Below are positions 17,902-27,770 of a stretch of DNA of 57,685 nt, one piece after another. The position numbers and the translations under genes were made by a program. The DNA is from Bdellovibrionales bacterium (GTDB lineage: Bacteria > Bdellovibrionota > Bdellovibrionia > Bdellovibrionales > JAMPXM01), in assembly GCA_043739185.1 (NCBI GenBank), contig JAYUEN010000075.1:1-57685 (forward strand), written 5' to 3'. Numbering within the stretch: position 1 is the stretch's first letter; the number at the start of each line of letters is the position of its first letter. The notes under the pieces were generated by a model that worked only from the letters and a program-made list of their open reading frames with translations, had not been told where the DNA came from and did not search any database.

Positions 17902-18947
17902 TTCGTAAATCGGCATCTTTTTTAACTATATTTCTCTCAGGCTTTTTACTAACGAGCTGTCAACTCGGATATCTATTGGGCTCGGCTTACGATCAAACCG
18001 GCCTGCTCATGTCTCGAGAACCCATTCAAAGAGTTCTTGAAAATCCAAAACTAGAGCCCGAAACGAAGCGCAAACTAGAGCTTACAATCGAAGTTCATCA
18101 ATTTGCTGAAAGCATTGGGCTTAAAAAAACCAAGAGCTATACGAGCTATGTCGAGTTAGGTCGCCCCTATGTAACTTACGTGGTGAGTGCTGCTGAAAAA
18201 AATAAATTGGAGCATTTTTTTTGGAGTTTCCCTTTAGTGGGTAAACTTCCTTATAAAGGATATTTTCAAAAAGAAAAAGCACTTGAGCTTGCTGCTGAAA
18301 TGAAAGCCAAGAACTATGATGTTTTTGTTAGAGGTGTGAGCGCTTATAGTACTCTTGGCTGGTTTTATGATCCCGTGCTGTCAAGTATGTTAGCTTATAA
18401 TGACCATGATTTGGTAGACACTCTTCTGCATGAGCTTTTTCATGCAACCGTTTTCATTAAAGATGCCACCGACTTCAATGAAAGACTCGCAAATTTTGTT
18501 GGCAATAAAGCGGCGATTGAATTTTTCAAAAAGCGCGAAGGAGAAAACTCTGCTTCTGTGCAAAAGATCCAAAGCGAGAAACATGACGATCTACTTTTTT
18601 CACAATTTATTACTTCCGAAGTAAAGGATCTTCAAAATTGGTATTCGGAAAGATCAAAACCAGGAGCCATGTCCTTTTCTGAAGCCGAACGCATCGAACG
18701 ACTTCAACTGATTCAAAAAAAGTTTGCAGAAAATGTGCGCCCTCAGATTTCTCCTCAATTCAGAAGAGACTTTGAGACCGCCGAACTCAATAATGCCAAA
18801 CTCTTATTGTATAAATTGTATGACAATGACCCCTCCCAACTCGAAACCGTCTTCAGAAAATACAATCAAAATATTTCACAATTTATTGCATTTCTAAAGA
18901 CGATTACGTCTGAGGAAGATTTGAGACGCCAATTTGCTAGTCCGTAA
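17889..18947 (+). CDS. Putative zinc aminopeptidase lipoprotein
   Basis: LTSC lipobox, YKGYF, AYSTLGWF.DP, HELFH, FNE motifs. Confidence 0.85.
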   Translation: MVILIRKSASFLTIFLSGFLLTSCQLGYLLGSAYDQTGLLMSREPIQRVLENPKLEPETKRKLELTIEVHQFAESIGLKKTKSYTSYVELGRPYVTYVVSAAEKNKLEHFFWSFPLVGKLPYKGYFQKEKALELAAEMKAKNYDVFVRGVSAYSTLGWFYDPVLSSMLAYNDHDLVDTLLHELFHATVFIKDATDFNERLANFVGNKAAIEFFKKREGENSASVQKIQSEKHDDLLFSQFITSEVKDLQNWYSERSKPGAMSFSEAERIERLQLIQKKFAENVRPQISPQFRRDFETAELNNAKLLLYKLYDNDPSQLETVFRKYNQNISQFIAFLKTITSEEDLRRQFASP

Positions 18948-18951
18948 CTTC

Positions 18952-19365
18952 TTATCTCCTCATTGCAAAGTACATTAAATTGATAATGGTCAAAGAATTC
19001 TTTTGCACAAATTGCGTGGTCATTTTCCTCAAGGTTTCGAGCTTTTCTTTGCGCAGTTTTTTTCGACTTTCGTTTCGGACCGCTCCCATAATTTGATCTG
19101 TCATATTTCGATAGTAATCTCCACTTTCGGGTAGAGCGACGTCATCACAAGTTTTTAAAATGGTACGAATGTGATGCAAGCTTTCGTAGGCATCGAGTTC
19201 TCCTTTTGAACTCAATACGAAATCATAGGCCGCCCGCTTATTTCTCAAGTTTTTTTCACCCTCCAATCGGTCAATTAACCAATCATAGTCGATGCCATCG
19301 TCATGCCAGAGTTTTTCTTTTTCATTCAGGCTTAAAGATTTATTCTTTTTAGTATTTTCGTTCAT
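18952..19365 (-). CDS. Hypothetical protein, candidate anti-sigma partner
   Basis: 4-nt overlap with ECF sigma stop; function inferred from position only. Confidence 0.6.
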   Translation of the reverse strand: MNENTKKNKSLSLNEKEKLWHDDGIDYDWLIDRLEGEKNLRNKRAAYDFVLSSKGELDAYESLHHIRTILKTCDDVALPESGDYYRNMTDQIMGAVRNESRKKLRKEKLETLRKMTTQFVQKNSLTIINLMYFAMRR

Positions 19366-19973
19366 TGTTCCAACTCCATCGATCTTACCCCCTCGTAATT
19401 AAAGATTTTCTCAAATATAGATAAGTCACCCTTACGATCTTGATTCATTAGTCTTTCTTTCAACTTCAAAAGTGCATGCCGGTAGTTGGCTTTCGCCGTA
19501 TCATATGGGCAATCCATAATGTCAGCGATTTCTTTGAAACTCAGGTCCTCGAAGATGCGAAGCTTCAAAGAAAGTTTTTGCTTGTCTGGCAACTTTTCAA
19601 CCTCAATCTTAATAAGATTCTTTAAATCGTTTTGTAACATTCCTGTTTCAGCACCCGGATCAACTCCCAAATGTACATCTTCGACATTCACCATTTCGCG
19701 ATTCATTCCGCGAAGTTTATTCTTTGCCGTATTGACCGTAATTTGAAAGAGCCAACTCTTAAAAGAAGAGCGTCCTTCAAATGAAGAAAGCTTTTGATAT
19801 GCCTTTAAAAAGCTCTCTTGCACGATGTCTTCAGCCATACTCTGCTCCTTGGTAAACCGATAACTCAATCTCAGAAGTGCCCGTTGGTGGCGCTCAACTA
19901 ACAATGAGAACGATTTGTTCTGTCCTGCGATGACTTCTTGGATCAGAATGCTGTCTTCTTTCATCAGGTCCAA
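19362..19973 (-). CDS. ECF (RpoE-like) RNA polymerase sigma factor
   Basis: AEDIVQESF.KAY..L..F.G.SSFKSWL..I..N region 2; LSFKEIA region 4; adjacent to dgcB as for Bd0743. Confidence 0.93.
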   Translation of the reverse strand: MDLMKEDSILIQEVIAGQNKSFSLLVERHQRALLRLSYRFTKEQSMAEDIVQESFLKAYQKLSSFEGRSSFKSWLFQITVNTAKNKLRGMNREMVNVEDVHLGVDPGAETGMLQNDLKNLIKIEVEKLPDKQKLSLKLRIFEDLSFKEIADIMDCPYDTAKANYRHALLKLKERLMNQDRKGDLSIFEKIFNYEGVRSMELEQ

Positions 19974-20308
19974 CCTCTTCTTAGACTATGGCCTAGTCAT
20001 TTTCGGTTAATTCCGAAAAATATTTTTTAAAAACATTTCAATACGACGATGCAATTGGCGGCGACTGTTCGTAAGTGCAGTTCCAAGGTGGCTCCGCACA
20101 TATTTAAGTTAATCAATGATCGAGCCAATCCATATTGAGACGTAAGATCGTTTAAAAAGCCTTACAGGATTGAAAAATCTGGAACATGTACAAAAAGACA
20201 CTGACTCTTCTTGGAGCAGTTTGCTCGAAAACTTTATGACACCTTCTAATTACTTATCAGGTCGATAATAATTTCTGATTGAGACAATTTTTGGCGCTAA
20301 GAAAGGCT

Positions 20309-21319
20309 CTAAGTAGTAGAGCCCGAATTTGTTCCGCCGGTTGAAACGCGATTACGGCCACTGCGTTTTGCGATATACATAGCACTGTCGGCTTTCGCAA
20401 ACAACTCTTCCCAGGCCGTCATCTGCGGCTCTTTGGTCGATACTCCTACCGAAATGGTGATCGGCAATTTGATGCCCTCATATATGAATGCGTGATTTTC
20501 AATGGTTGCCCGTAGACGCTCACCAATCTCAATGGCTTGAACCAAATTGCTTCCAAACAATAAGACCACAAATTCTTCGCCCCCGTATCGAGCTAAAATA
20601 TCATCAGTTCGAATCAATTTTGTTTGAACGGTGCTGGCAAGTTCCTTTAATACAAAATCGCCCGCAGTATGCATATATTTGTCATTGATACTTTTGAAAT
20701 GATCGATATCAAAGACCGCAATACTCAATGGTACCTTTAAAAGCTTTGCTCGCTTAAAGGATTCTAAACCTTTTAAGTTGAGTGCGCCCTTATTGTAAAT
20801 TCCCGTCAATGGATCCTTTTCACTTCGATTCTGAAGCTGTTCAATTGCTGCGGCTTCGAAACTGCCACTCTCAAGAAATTTAAATAGAACGTTGCCGGTT
20901 TTGACCTGATCGTTATTTTTTAATTTAATAGGCAAGAGTGCTTGAATAGTTCCATCATTTAATTCAGTGCGATTGGTGGACTCGAGATCGAGCAGATAAA
21001 CATCACCATTTGAAACCGTAATCTTCGCATGAGATTTGCTCACACTTTTATCATCGACAAAAATGGTAGAGGTCATAGACCGACCAATTATAATGTCGGA
21101 TTGATCGAGTGGCCAACGTTTGCCCACGTAACCTGCTGGGCCCTCAAGCATCACTAGGCTCGCCGGCGACTTGGCAAATTTATCACGCTTTTCATTAAAA
21201 GTTTTATTATTTACTAAACGTGTCTTTTCTTCAGACGACGACGTCTCTTCGTTGATACTTTCAGTGACTTCTTCTGTTGTATCGACAAGATCAACTAACT
21301 GTTTTTTCTTTGCACCCAT
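20309..21319 (-). CDS. dgcB: FHA-GGDEF diguanylate cyclase, DgcB-like
   Basis: Acidic N-tail with EKT, FHA (IGR, VSKSHA, STN), GGEEF with RTDD I-site and canonical Asp in AGD; flanked by pgi and ECF sigma. Confidence 0.88.
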   Translation of the reverse strand: MGAKKKQLVDLVDTTEEVTESINEETSSSEEKTRLVNNKTFNEKRDKFAKSPASLVMLEGPAGYVGKRWPLDQSDIIIGRSMTSTIFVDDKSVSKSHAKITVSNGDVYLLDLESTNRTELNDGTIQALLPIKLKNNDQVKTGNVLFKFLESGSFEAAAIEQLQNRSEKDPLTGIYNKGALNLKGLESFKRAKLLKVPLSIAVFDIDHFKSINDKYMHTAGDFVLKELASTVQTKLIRTDDILARYGGEEFVVLLFGSNLVQAIEIGERLRATIENHAFIYEGIKLPITISVGVSTKEPQMTAWEELFAKADSAMYIAKRSGRNRVSTGGTNSGSTT

Positions 21320-21396
21320 CTAAGTATTGTACGGCATGAAGATCGTCTAAAACAAGCGCACCGAAGTACAGTCCTGCATCTTATTCACAAAATCTA

Positions 21397-22653
21397 TTAA
21401 TAGGCTTTGGAGCTGGCTTTCAGGCCAGACAAAAGCCTGCGAGTAGCCAATTTACCGGACTCTACTCCAGGCTGATCAAAGGCATCAATATTCATAACCT
21501 CGCCTAAAGTACCAATCACCATTTGAAACAACATAAAAAGTGCTCCGATGCTCGATTCATCTAACTTTTGTAGATTGAGGCTCACCGATTGAACTTGCTC
21601 TGCAAACAAGGATTGGCGAATCGCATCGGCTTGAGCAGAAAACAAATTTCCCATAGATTTTTGCTTCATGATCTCTTGACCACGAAAAAGACTATTCTGA
21701 ATAACCAAATGAGAATTTGCGCTTTCTTGCACACGAAAAAAATAAATAAATTTATCGCGCTCGCCTTGCATCACCTGTTGCAAAATTGAATGTTGGTCTG
21801 TCGAACCTCTGCACGGAATCGGAGTGCTCACTCGAGGCGCGGCCGCACCACTACGATCTTTGGCTTTCGCAAGCGACTCGGCCCAAAGCTGTTGCAGCCA
21901 ATAACTGAATCCGACAAGCCGATCGCAATAACACCAAAATAAGGTGATCCATTCCTTTCTTGAAAAGCTCGTCATCGCTTGAGCTGCCAATTCTGAAATT
22001 AAGGTATCCTGATCTTTTGCCCAATGAGCGCCAACACTGATTTCTTGCAAATTGAAGCCGGCAAGGGCCGCAGGAAGTAAGCCAACAGGAGTTAATACTG
22101 AAAATCGGCCTCCGACATTTTTTGGAACTTCTAAGCTCGGAACATTTTCTCGAAGTGCCCAGTCAGTTAGAGGATTCGAAGTTGTTTCAGAGATCACCGT
22201 AGATACCAGTGCCAAGCTTCGCAATCCTTTTTGGATAAGGACTTGGTCAACAAGCTCAGCTTGAGTCAAAGTTTCAATGGTTTGCCCGCTCTTAGAAATA
22301 ATTAAAAAATGCGTTTCTGCAAGATTCAGTGCCTCTAATCTCTGAAAGAAACTAAACTCATCGACATTATCTAAAATCGTTATCGGCAATTGAGGTGACT
22401 GCGGACTCAAGGCCTCAAGAAGTGCTTTGGTTCCGAGCGCGCTACCACCAATACCTAAAACTACAATTTGTTTGAATTGCTTTTTTATTTCAAGCGCGCG
22501 CATTTGAATCGCATCTAGATTTTTGGGCAATTCTAGAAAGCCCAAATCTCTTCTCAGACGCAGCTTTGAAAGTCCCTCGCGAGCTTGATGAAGGCAATTG
22601 GGATCCGTCTTTTGGGTTGGAAAAATCAAATTAAGCATAGAGCTAATTAGCAT
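21397..22653 (-). CDS. pgi: Glucose-6-phosphate isomerase
   Basis: GIGGSALG, SKSG.T.ET, VGGRFSV, QLWAES, DQHS, FDQPGVE.GK. Confidence 0.95.
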   Translation of the reverse strand: MLISSMLNLIFPTQKTDPNCLHQAREGLSKLRLRRDLGFLELPKNLDAIQMRALEIKKQFKQIVVLGIGGSALGTKALLEALSPQSPQLPITILDNVDEFSFFQRLEALNLAETHFLIISKSGQTIETLTQAELVDQVLIQKGLRSLALVSTVISETTSNPLTDWALRENVPSLEVPKNVGGRFSVLTPVGLLPAALAGFNLQEISVGAHWAKDQDTLISELAAQAMTSFSRKEWITLFWCYCDRLVGFSYWLQQLWAESLAKAKDRSGAAAPRVSTPIPCRGSTDQHSILQQVMQGERDKFIYFFRVQESANSHLVIQNSLFRGQEIMKQKSMGNLFSAQADAIRQSLFAEQVQSVSLNLQKLDESSIGALFMLFQMVIGTLGEVMNIDAFDQPGVESGKLATRRLLSGLKASSKAY

Positions 22654-22725
22654 CCCACCTGCAGATCGTCAAAAATTTATTCACGATAGACACAGATGAG
22701 TCCAAATAATTTGGTGGGCGCCCGT

Positions 22726-23832
22726 CTAAATCGCGACGTCTTCTTCAATTCTGTGGTAACCGCGCCACTCTTTAAGGCGCCCCCGTGGCTTTTCACCATT
22801 TTCAGGGTACTCGATTAGCACATAGGTCAATTTTGTGATTTTACCTAAAGAAGGAATATCAAGAGAAGTGATATCAGTCCAAGTTCCGGTATTAAAGTAT
22901 TCTTTCCCGCTCCATTGGCGATACTGATAGACGTGAGTATGGCCAAATATAACAATATGAACTCTTTCGTCGTTCAGAATTCGCCTCGCAGATTCACTTA
23001 AGTCGGGAAAAACCGCACTTTCTAACATTACTTGCAAAATTCGCTTAAGAGGAAATTGTCTTCTTGGATCCTTTACTAGTGACGAAGATAAAAAATAGAG
23101 AATCAAACTGAACATGGCTTTACAGGTGAAAAAAAACTCGTTGTAAAAACCCCACCTGATCATGGCTTGAAATGGCCTGACTTTATCAATATGGGGATGT
23201 GCCTTTTTAATTTTCAATACGAAATCGACAAAAAAATGTGATCCGAACGGCAAATTCAAAATGGGTTCAGGCAAATTCTTTTTAAGAAAGAATCGCTTCG
23301 GATCGATGCGATTGGCGGCTTCGTGCATATGTCCGTGCTCGATATGAACACCATCAAAAAAATAAACTATATTTTTGAAACGAACCGGTTTGCCGATTAC
23401 TTCATTTAAATAGGATCTCGTGGCGGGCCAAAGCATGCATTGATCGTGATTTCCCACCACATAGGCAATTGAATTTTTGTCTTGGCTTGCAAAACTGCGA
23501 AGTGCTTTAAAAACTTCTGGGTGCCCCTTCACGATATTCTTAAGCTTCGCCAGCGAAACGCTTTCGGTTATAACAGTTAAGTGGTGGCCGTGATAATCGA
23601 CCTGCAAGAAATTTAAAAAATCTCCGTTAATAATGAGCTCGACTTCGTGGTCGCGAAATTCTCCGCTGGTATAATAATGAATGAACTCTGCAAGCTTATC
23701 CCCGAAAAAAAATTCTTCAAGTGAGTTGGTAATCCCGCCATCGATAGTACGACCCAGTCCTAAATGAAGATCACTTATGACCAGCTTGATTTTCTTTGTT
23801 GTGCTTTTCTGAGGTGTGGTGTTTTCTTCCAT
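22726..23832 (-). CDS. Calcineurin-like metallophosphoesterase
   Basis: SDLH, NGDF, GNHD, EHGH, FGHTH, NTGTW motifs. Confidence 0.88.
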   Translation of the reverse strand: MEENTTPQKSTTKKIKLVISDLHLGLGRTIDGGITNSLEEFFFGDKLAEFIHYYTSGEFRDHEVELIINGDFLNFLQVDYHGHHLTVITESVSLAKLKNIVKGHPEVFKALRSFASQDKNSIAYVVGNHDQCMLWPATRSYLNEVIGKPVRFKNIVYFFDGVHIEHGHMHEAANRIDPKRFFLKKNLPEPILNLPFGSHFFVDFVLKIKKAHPHIDKVRPFQAMIRWGFYNEFFFTCKAMFSLILYFLSSSLVKDPRRQFPLKRILQVMLESAVFPDLSESARRILNDERVHIVIFGHTHVYQYRQWSGKEYFNTGTWTDITSLDIPSLGKITKLTYVLIEYPENGEKPRGRLKEWRGYHRIEEDVAI

Positions 23833-23845
23833 TTTATTTTTATTT

Positions 23846-25243
23846 TTAGCTCGCTATAAATACAATATTTCGGCTCTTGTGTTTTCCTTTGTACATGGCG
23901 TCGTCGGCCATTTGAAGAAGTTCTGCCGTAGTCTGAGCATGTTCTGGATAGGTCGCGATCCCGATACTAACTGTTACTTTAACTTGTGAATTTCCGACTT
24001 CAAAAACCGAACTTTCGGTTTTTTTACGGAGGCGTTCTGCAACAATTGTAGCTTGTGCTGAGCTCGCATCTGATAAAACGATGACGTACTCGTCTCCACC
24101 ATAGCGAAAGGCAAAATCCGTACCGCGAATACTATCTTTTATAAGTTTTGAAATTTGCACTAAAACATTTGATCCGACCAAATGCCCCTTCGTATCATTG
24201 ACCATCTTAAAAAAATCAACGTCTAGAAAAAGCACTGAAAAGTTATGGCCATGACGAACCGCTCTCTGCATCTCTTGGTCTAAAATAATTGGCAAATAGC
24301 GCTGATTATAGAGTTCTGTTAAGTCATCTCGAAATGTCATATGCTCTATCTGTTGATAGGCATAGGATTGCTCAAGGTGATGCAAAAAGCATTTGGCATA
24401 GTCAGCAAACTCAGAGGATTCGTCTATTTCAACCCAGCGCTCAGGATCTACTAGTATCAAATGACCAAGATGAGTCCCGTGACTACTCAAGGACGCAATG
24501 ACGGTTCCTTGATCCAAAACTTGTGTTGCAACCAAAGCCGATTCAACTTGATGAATGTCCCACTTTGCAAAGAGTTTAAAAACATCTTCGTGATTATAAT
24601 CTAAATTGGAGAGCCAATTTGGCGCGAGCTCGATATCCTTTGCGTGAATTTCGGGATGGCGCTCGCGAATTCGTGAATAACGTCGCAACTCATCTTTGAG
24701 TGCTCCTGGCTTAAACCACAAAAGTGATTTGACGCCATACTCTTTTTTAAATAAATCAAAACCAATTTCAACGACATCATTGAGGCGTTTTCTTCTCAGT
24801 TGACTGGCAAAAATTTCGACTTGTTCAATGCGAAAGCGAATATCAAACAACTCTCGATCTTTTTTACAAAAATAAATTAGGTTTTGAATTTTGCGTAGAA
24901 ATTCGAATTGAGAAATATTGGGATTCGCCCATTCATGATGTGGTGATACCAGCCATTTTTTGGGATTGAATACGGCCTCTTCAACGACATGAATGATCGG
25001 CACTGGAAAGTCACTTTCAATAAGTCCCATGATTGAAGAACCAAATTGATTGACTGAATTTGAAATTTGCAAAACTAAACTGAAGCGATTTTTTTGGATA
25101 AAAGCTGGCGACAAATCTAAATTTTTTGAATCAAAATGAGTTTCAATTTCATAGCCAAAACTAGTCAACCAAGACTTGAGTCTTTGACTTACGTAAGATT
25201 GATTTTCAAGTACCAGAATCTTTTCTTTCATTTCTTCTTTCAT
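23846..25243 (-). CDS. GGDEF dinucleotide cyclase with degenerate REC-like N-terminus; Hypr-type signature
   Basis: DDLTELYNQRYL, DVDFFKMVNDTKGHLVGS, RGTD I-site, RYGGDEY. Confidence 0.9.
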   Translation of the reverse strand: MKEEMKEKILVLENQSYVSQRLKSWLTSFGYEIETHFDSKNLDLSPAFIQKNRFSLVLQISNSVNQFGSSIMGLIESDFPVPIIHVVEEAVFNPKKWLVSPHHEWANPNISQFEFLRKIQNLIYFCKKDRELFDIRFRIEQVEIFASQLRRKRLNDVVEIGFDLFKKEYGVKSLLWFKPGALKDELRRYSRIRERHPEIHAKDIELAPNWLSNLDYNHEDVFKLFAKWDIHQVESALVATQVLDQGTVIASLSSHGTHLGHLILVDPERWVEIDESSEFADYAKCFLHHLEQSYAYQQIEHMTFRDDLTELYNQRYLPIILDQEMQRAVRHGHNFSVLFLDVDFFKMVNDTKGHLVGSNVLVQISKLIKDSIRGTDFAFRYGGDEYVIVLSDASSAQATIVAERLRKKTESSVFEVGNSQVKVTVSIGIATYPEHAQTTAELLQMADDAMYKGKHKSRNIVFIAS

Positions 25244-25289
25244 TCATTTCGCATATTGAGACAGTTTTTTAAAAAAATTGCTCTCTCTC

Positions 25290-25317
25290 TCATCGGCGAA
25301 TCAATCTACTTTTTTGA
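25290..25317 (-). promoter_or_regulatory. Putative sigma28 (FliA) promoter of GGDEF gene
   Basis: Minus strand TCAAA-N15-GCCGATGA, 47 nt upstream of start. Confidence 0.6.
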
Positions 25318-26533
25318 GTGGTGATTTCGTTTCTTCATCACCTTCTAAGATCGTTAGAGCCATTCTCAATGCTTTTACAACACGGCGAATCGTTTCTTGT
25401 TTTTCTTTATGTTGACCGTAGATCTCTTGAGTACGTTCTTTTGAAAAATTAACTTCAGTATTTAAGAGATCAACTTGTCGCTTCAGGTCCAAAATCATTT
25501 TATCTTTGCCGCTCAGAATATCGTGATTTTCAACCTTTAGAATTTCGAGACGGTGTTCCAATTCTCTTTCTCTGCGGCGAATAGACTCAAATTGAGAATT
25601 TAATCTTTGCTCCAATTGGTCGACCTTTTGACGCCGGACCTCGAGCTCTCGATCTTTACTTTGATTTTGAGCGCGTAAAACTTTCTTTTCTTCATCGAAG
25701 ATAACCGCCGACTCTTGAATTTTATTTTCAAAAGCTTCGGATTGAGACAACAACTCATCTGCCCGTCGTCTCAAAATCTCTCCGGCAGAAGACAATTGAG
25801 AATTCTCTTGTCTGAGTTTCTCTAATTCATCTTCTAGAGATGAAATTCGAATTTGTGCAATTCTCAAATTTTCAGATTGTTTTAGTACGGCTTCTGAAGG
25901 AGACGAAATACCGACTTGAACATCGTGTTTAAACTGGTGCTCAGTTAGATTAGACGGAGCCCCACTTGCAACTCGACTTTCAGTTTCGTAAGTTCGAGGA
26001 TTCATTTTAGGCGTTAGCCGCACCGTAGATTCGTTAGAACTGACCGGAGGTTGCGCTCCCATAGGAGGTTTTGAAATTGGAGCTGGCTTGGGCGCAAATG
26101 GTGAATTGAGTTTCACGGTCTTATCCGCCTGCGGAATCGGCTTTTGCTGCTCTGGCTGAGCATTTGGCGCAGGCGAAACTAATTGCTTTTTTTGTGACTC
26201 TAATGCGAGAGATTTACTCACTGGCGAGTCAGAATCTCCTGCATTTAAGTCAAAATCCAATTTGAGCATGCTGTCTTCATCGTCGTCATGTATCTCATTT
26301 TTTTTCGGTGGCACGGGAACATCCGCCTCGCCAAAATTCAATTCAAGTTCTGGTTCTTTTTCTACCTTAGGCGGTTTTTTAAACGGAGAGGGCTCACCTT
26401 TTTTATAAGGCTGTGAAAGACGAAAAATTTCGGTATCGCTCATAGATGCATCTTCTTGTTGAATGACATCCAACAAAAGATCTTTGATCTCGTTTGCTTT
26501 TTGACTAGGAGCCGATTTGCTACTTTTTGACAT
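25301..26533 (-). CDS. Hypothetical protein: disordered N-half plus long coiled coil
   Basis: Pro/acidic N-half, heptad-rich C-half. Confidence 0.8.
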   Translation of the reverse strand: MSKSSKSAPSQKANEIKDLLLDVIQQEDASMSDTEIFRLSQPYKKGEPSPFKKPPKVEKEPELELNFGEADVPVPPKKNEIHDDDEDSMLKLDFDLNAGDSDSPVSKSLALESQKKQLVSPAPNAQPEQQKPIPQADKTVKLNSPFAPKPAPISKPPMGAQPPVSSNESTVRLTPKMNPRTYETESRVASGAPSNLTEHQFKHDVQVGISSPSEAVLKQSENLRIAQIRISSLEDELEKLRQENSQLSSAGEILRRRADELLSQSEAFENKIQESAVIFDEEKKVLRAQNQSKDRELEVRRQKVDQLEQRLNSQFESIRRRERELEHRLEILKVENHDILSGKDKMILDLKRQVDLLNTEVNFSKERTQEIYGQHKEKQETIRRVVKALRMALTILEGDEETKSPLKKVD

Positions 26534-26768
26534 CCATTTCGCCGCACTTCAACTTTTGTAAAAATCAAAAGTTAATGCTGCGGACGTTCCTTTCCATCTT
26601 TAAAAGTGGAGTTCACCTAGCTCATATATCGGAAATTCTTTGAAAATTATGAATACAGGGATTCAAAAAGCGCTGATTTTTTCATTATTGCGACAAAGAG
26701 CATCGACTTCTGTCGAGCCCAGAAAGACTGAATTCAGCGCCAGCTCGACCAGCGTCGAGCTTAAAATT

Positions 26769-27671
26769 CTAGCGGATTATACTTTGGTATTGATTGTGGC
26801 GTTTTTCAATTTCTGACCAAGTCAGATCAATAAGGGCACCTACGCCAAGCTTTTGTACGGTAAAGCTCGCGAGTAAACATCCTTGTACACATGCCTGCTT
26901 GAGGGCTTCGATATCAACTTCTTGATTTCTCTTTGAAAGATATCCAAAAAATGCCCCGGCAAAAGTATCTCCTGCGCCCGTTGGATCTATGACATCGGCA
27001 ATTGGAAAGGCCGGTAAAATATGAAGTCCTTCTTTTGTACATAAAACAAAACCGTATTCGCCCCTTTTTACCACTACTGCACGAGGGCCCATTTTCAAAA
27101 TGTCTGCGGCGGCAGCAATGGCATTGGGTTTCTTTGTGAGAAGCTTCGACTCACCTTCGTTTATCAATACGACATCGACTCGTGATAAAACTTTTTTCAA
27201 TGCCGCTACTTTTGATTTGATCCAAAAATTCATGGTATCGCTGCCGACAAATTTAGGACTTTGAATTTGATCTAAAACTTTTAGCTGCAATTCGGGGTCA
27301 ATATTGGCTAAAAAAACATAGGGTGTATGTTTATAGGTTTCAGGTATTTCAGGATTGAAGTGCTCGAAAACATTGAGCTCAGTCGCAAGCGTGATGGCTT
27401 CATTCATATCTTCTTTGTAAGCACCCGACCAATGAAAGGTACGACCTGACTTTTTTTGAAGTCCTAAGGTACAAACAGAGCGATCTTTCAAAAGTTTAAG
27501 ATCACTTTCGAGATAATCTTCGCCAACAACTCCTACAACGCGAACTTTGGAATACAATGAAGCTGCAAGCGAAAAATAATTTGCAGATCCGCCTAAGGTG
27601 CGCGCGGTTTGGCTTTGCGGGGTTGCAATCGAATCATAGGCCAAACTTCCGACAACTAAAATATCTGACAT
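26769..27671 (-). CDS. PfkB-family carbohydrate/nucleoside kinase
   Basis: GS.AYD, LGGSA, INEGE, DPTGAGDTFAG. Confidence 0.92.
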   Translation of the reverse strand: MSDILVVGSLAYDSIATPQSQTARTLGGSANYFSLAASLYSKVRVVGVVGEDYLESDLKLLKDRSVCTLGLQKKSGRTFHWSGAYKEDMNEAITLATELNVFEHFNPEIPETYKHTPYVFLANIDPELQLKVLDQIQSPKFVGSDTMNFWIKSKVAALKKVLSRVDVVLINEGESKLLTKKPNAIAAAADILKMGPRAVVVKRGEYGFVLCTKEGLHILPAFPIADVIDPTGAGDTFAGAFFGYLSKRNQEVDIEALKQACVQGCLLASFTVQKLGVGALIDLTWSEIEKRHNQYQSIIR

Positions 27672-27770
27672 TTAGGTTCTCCGGTTGATGGGTTGGAGTA
27701 CGGGAAAAACTACCCCATTCAAGTCCTATTTGACAAATATGTTTTTAAAAAAAAGAGACCTAAGATCAAA

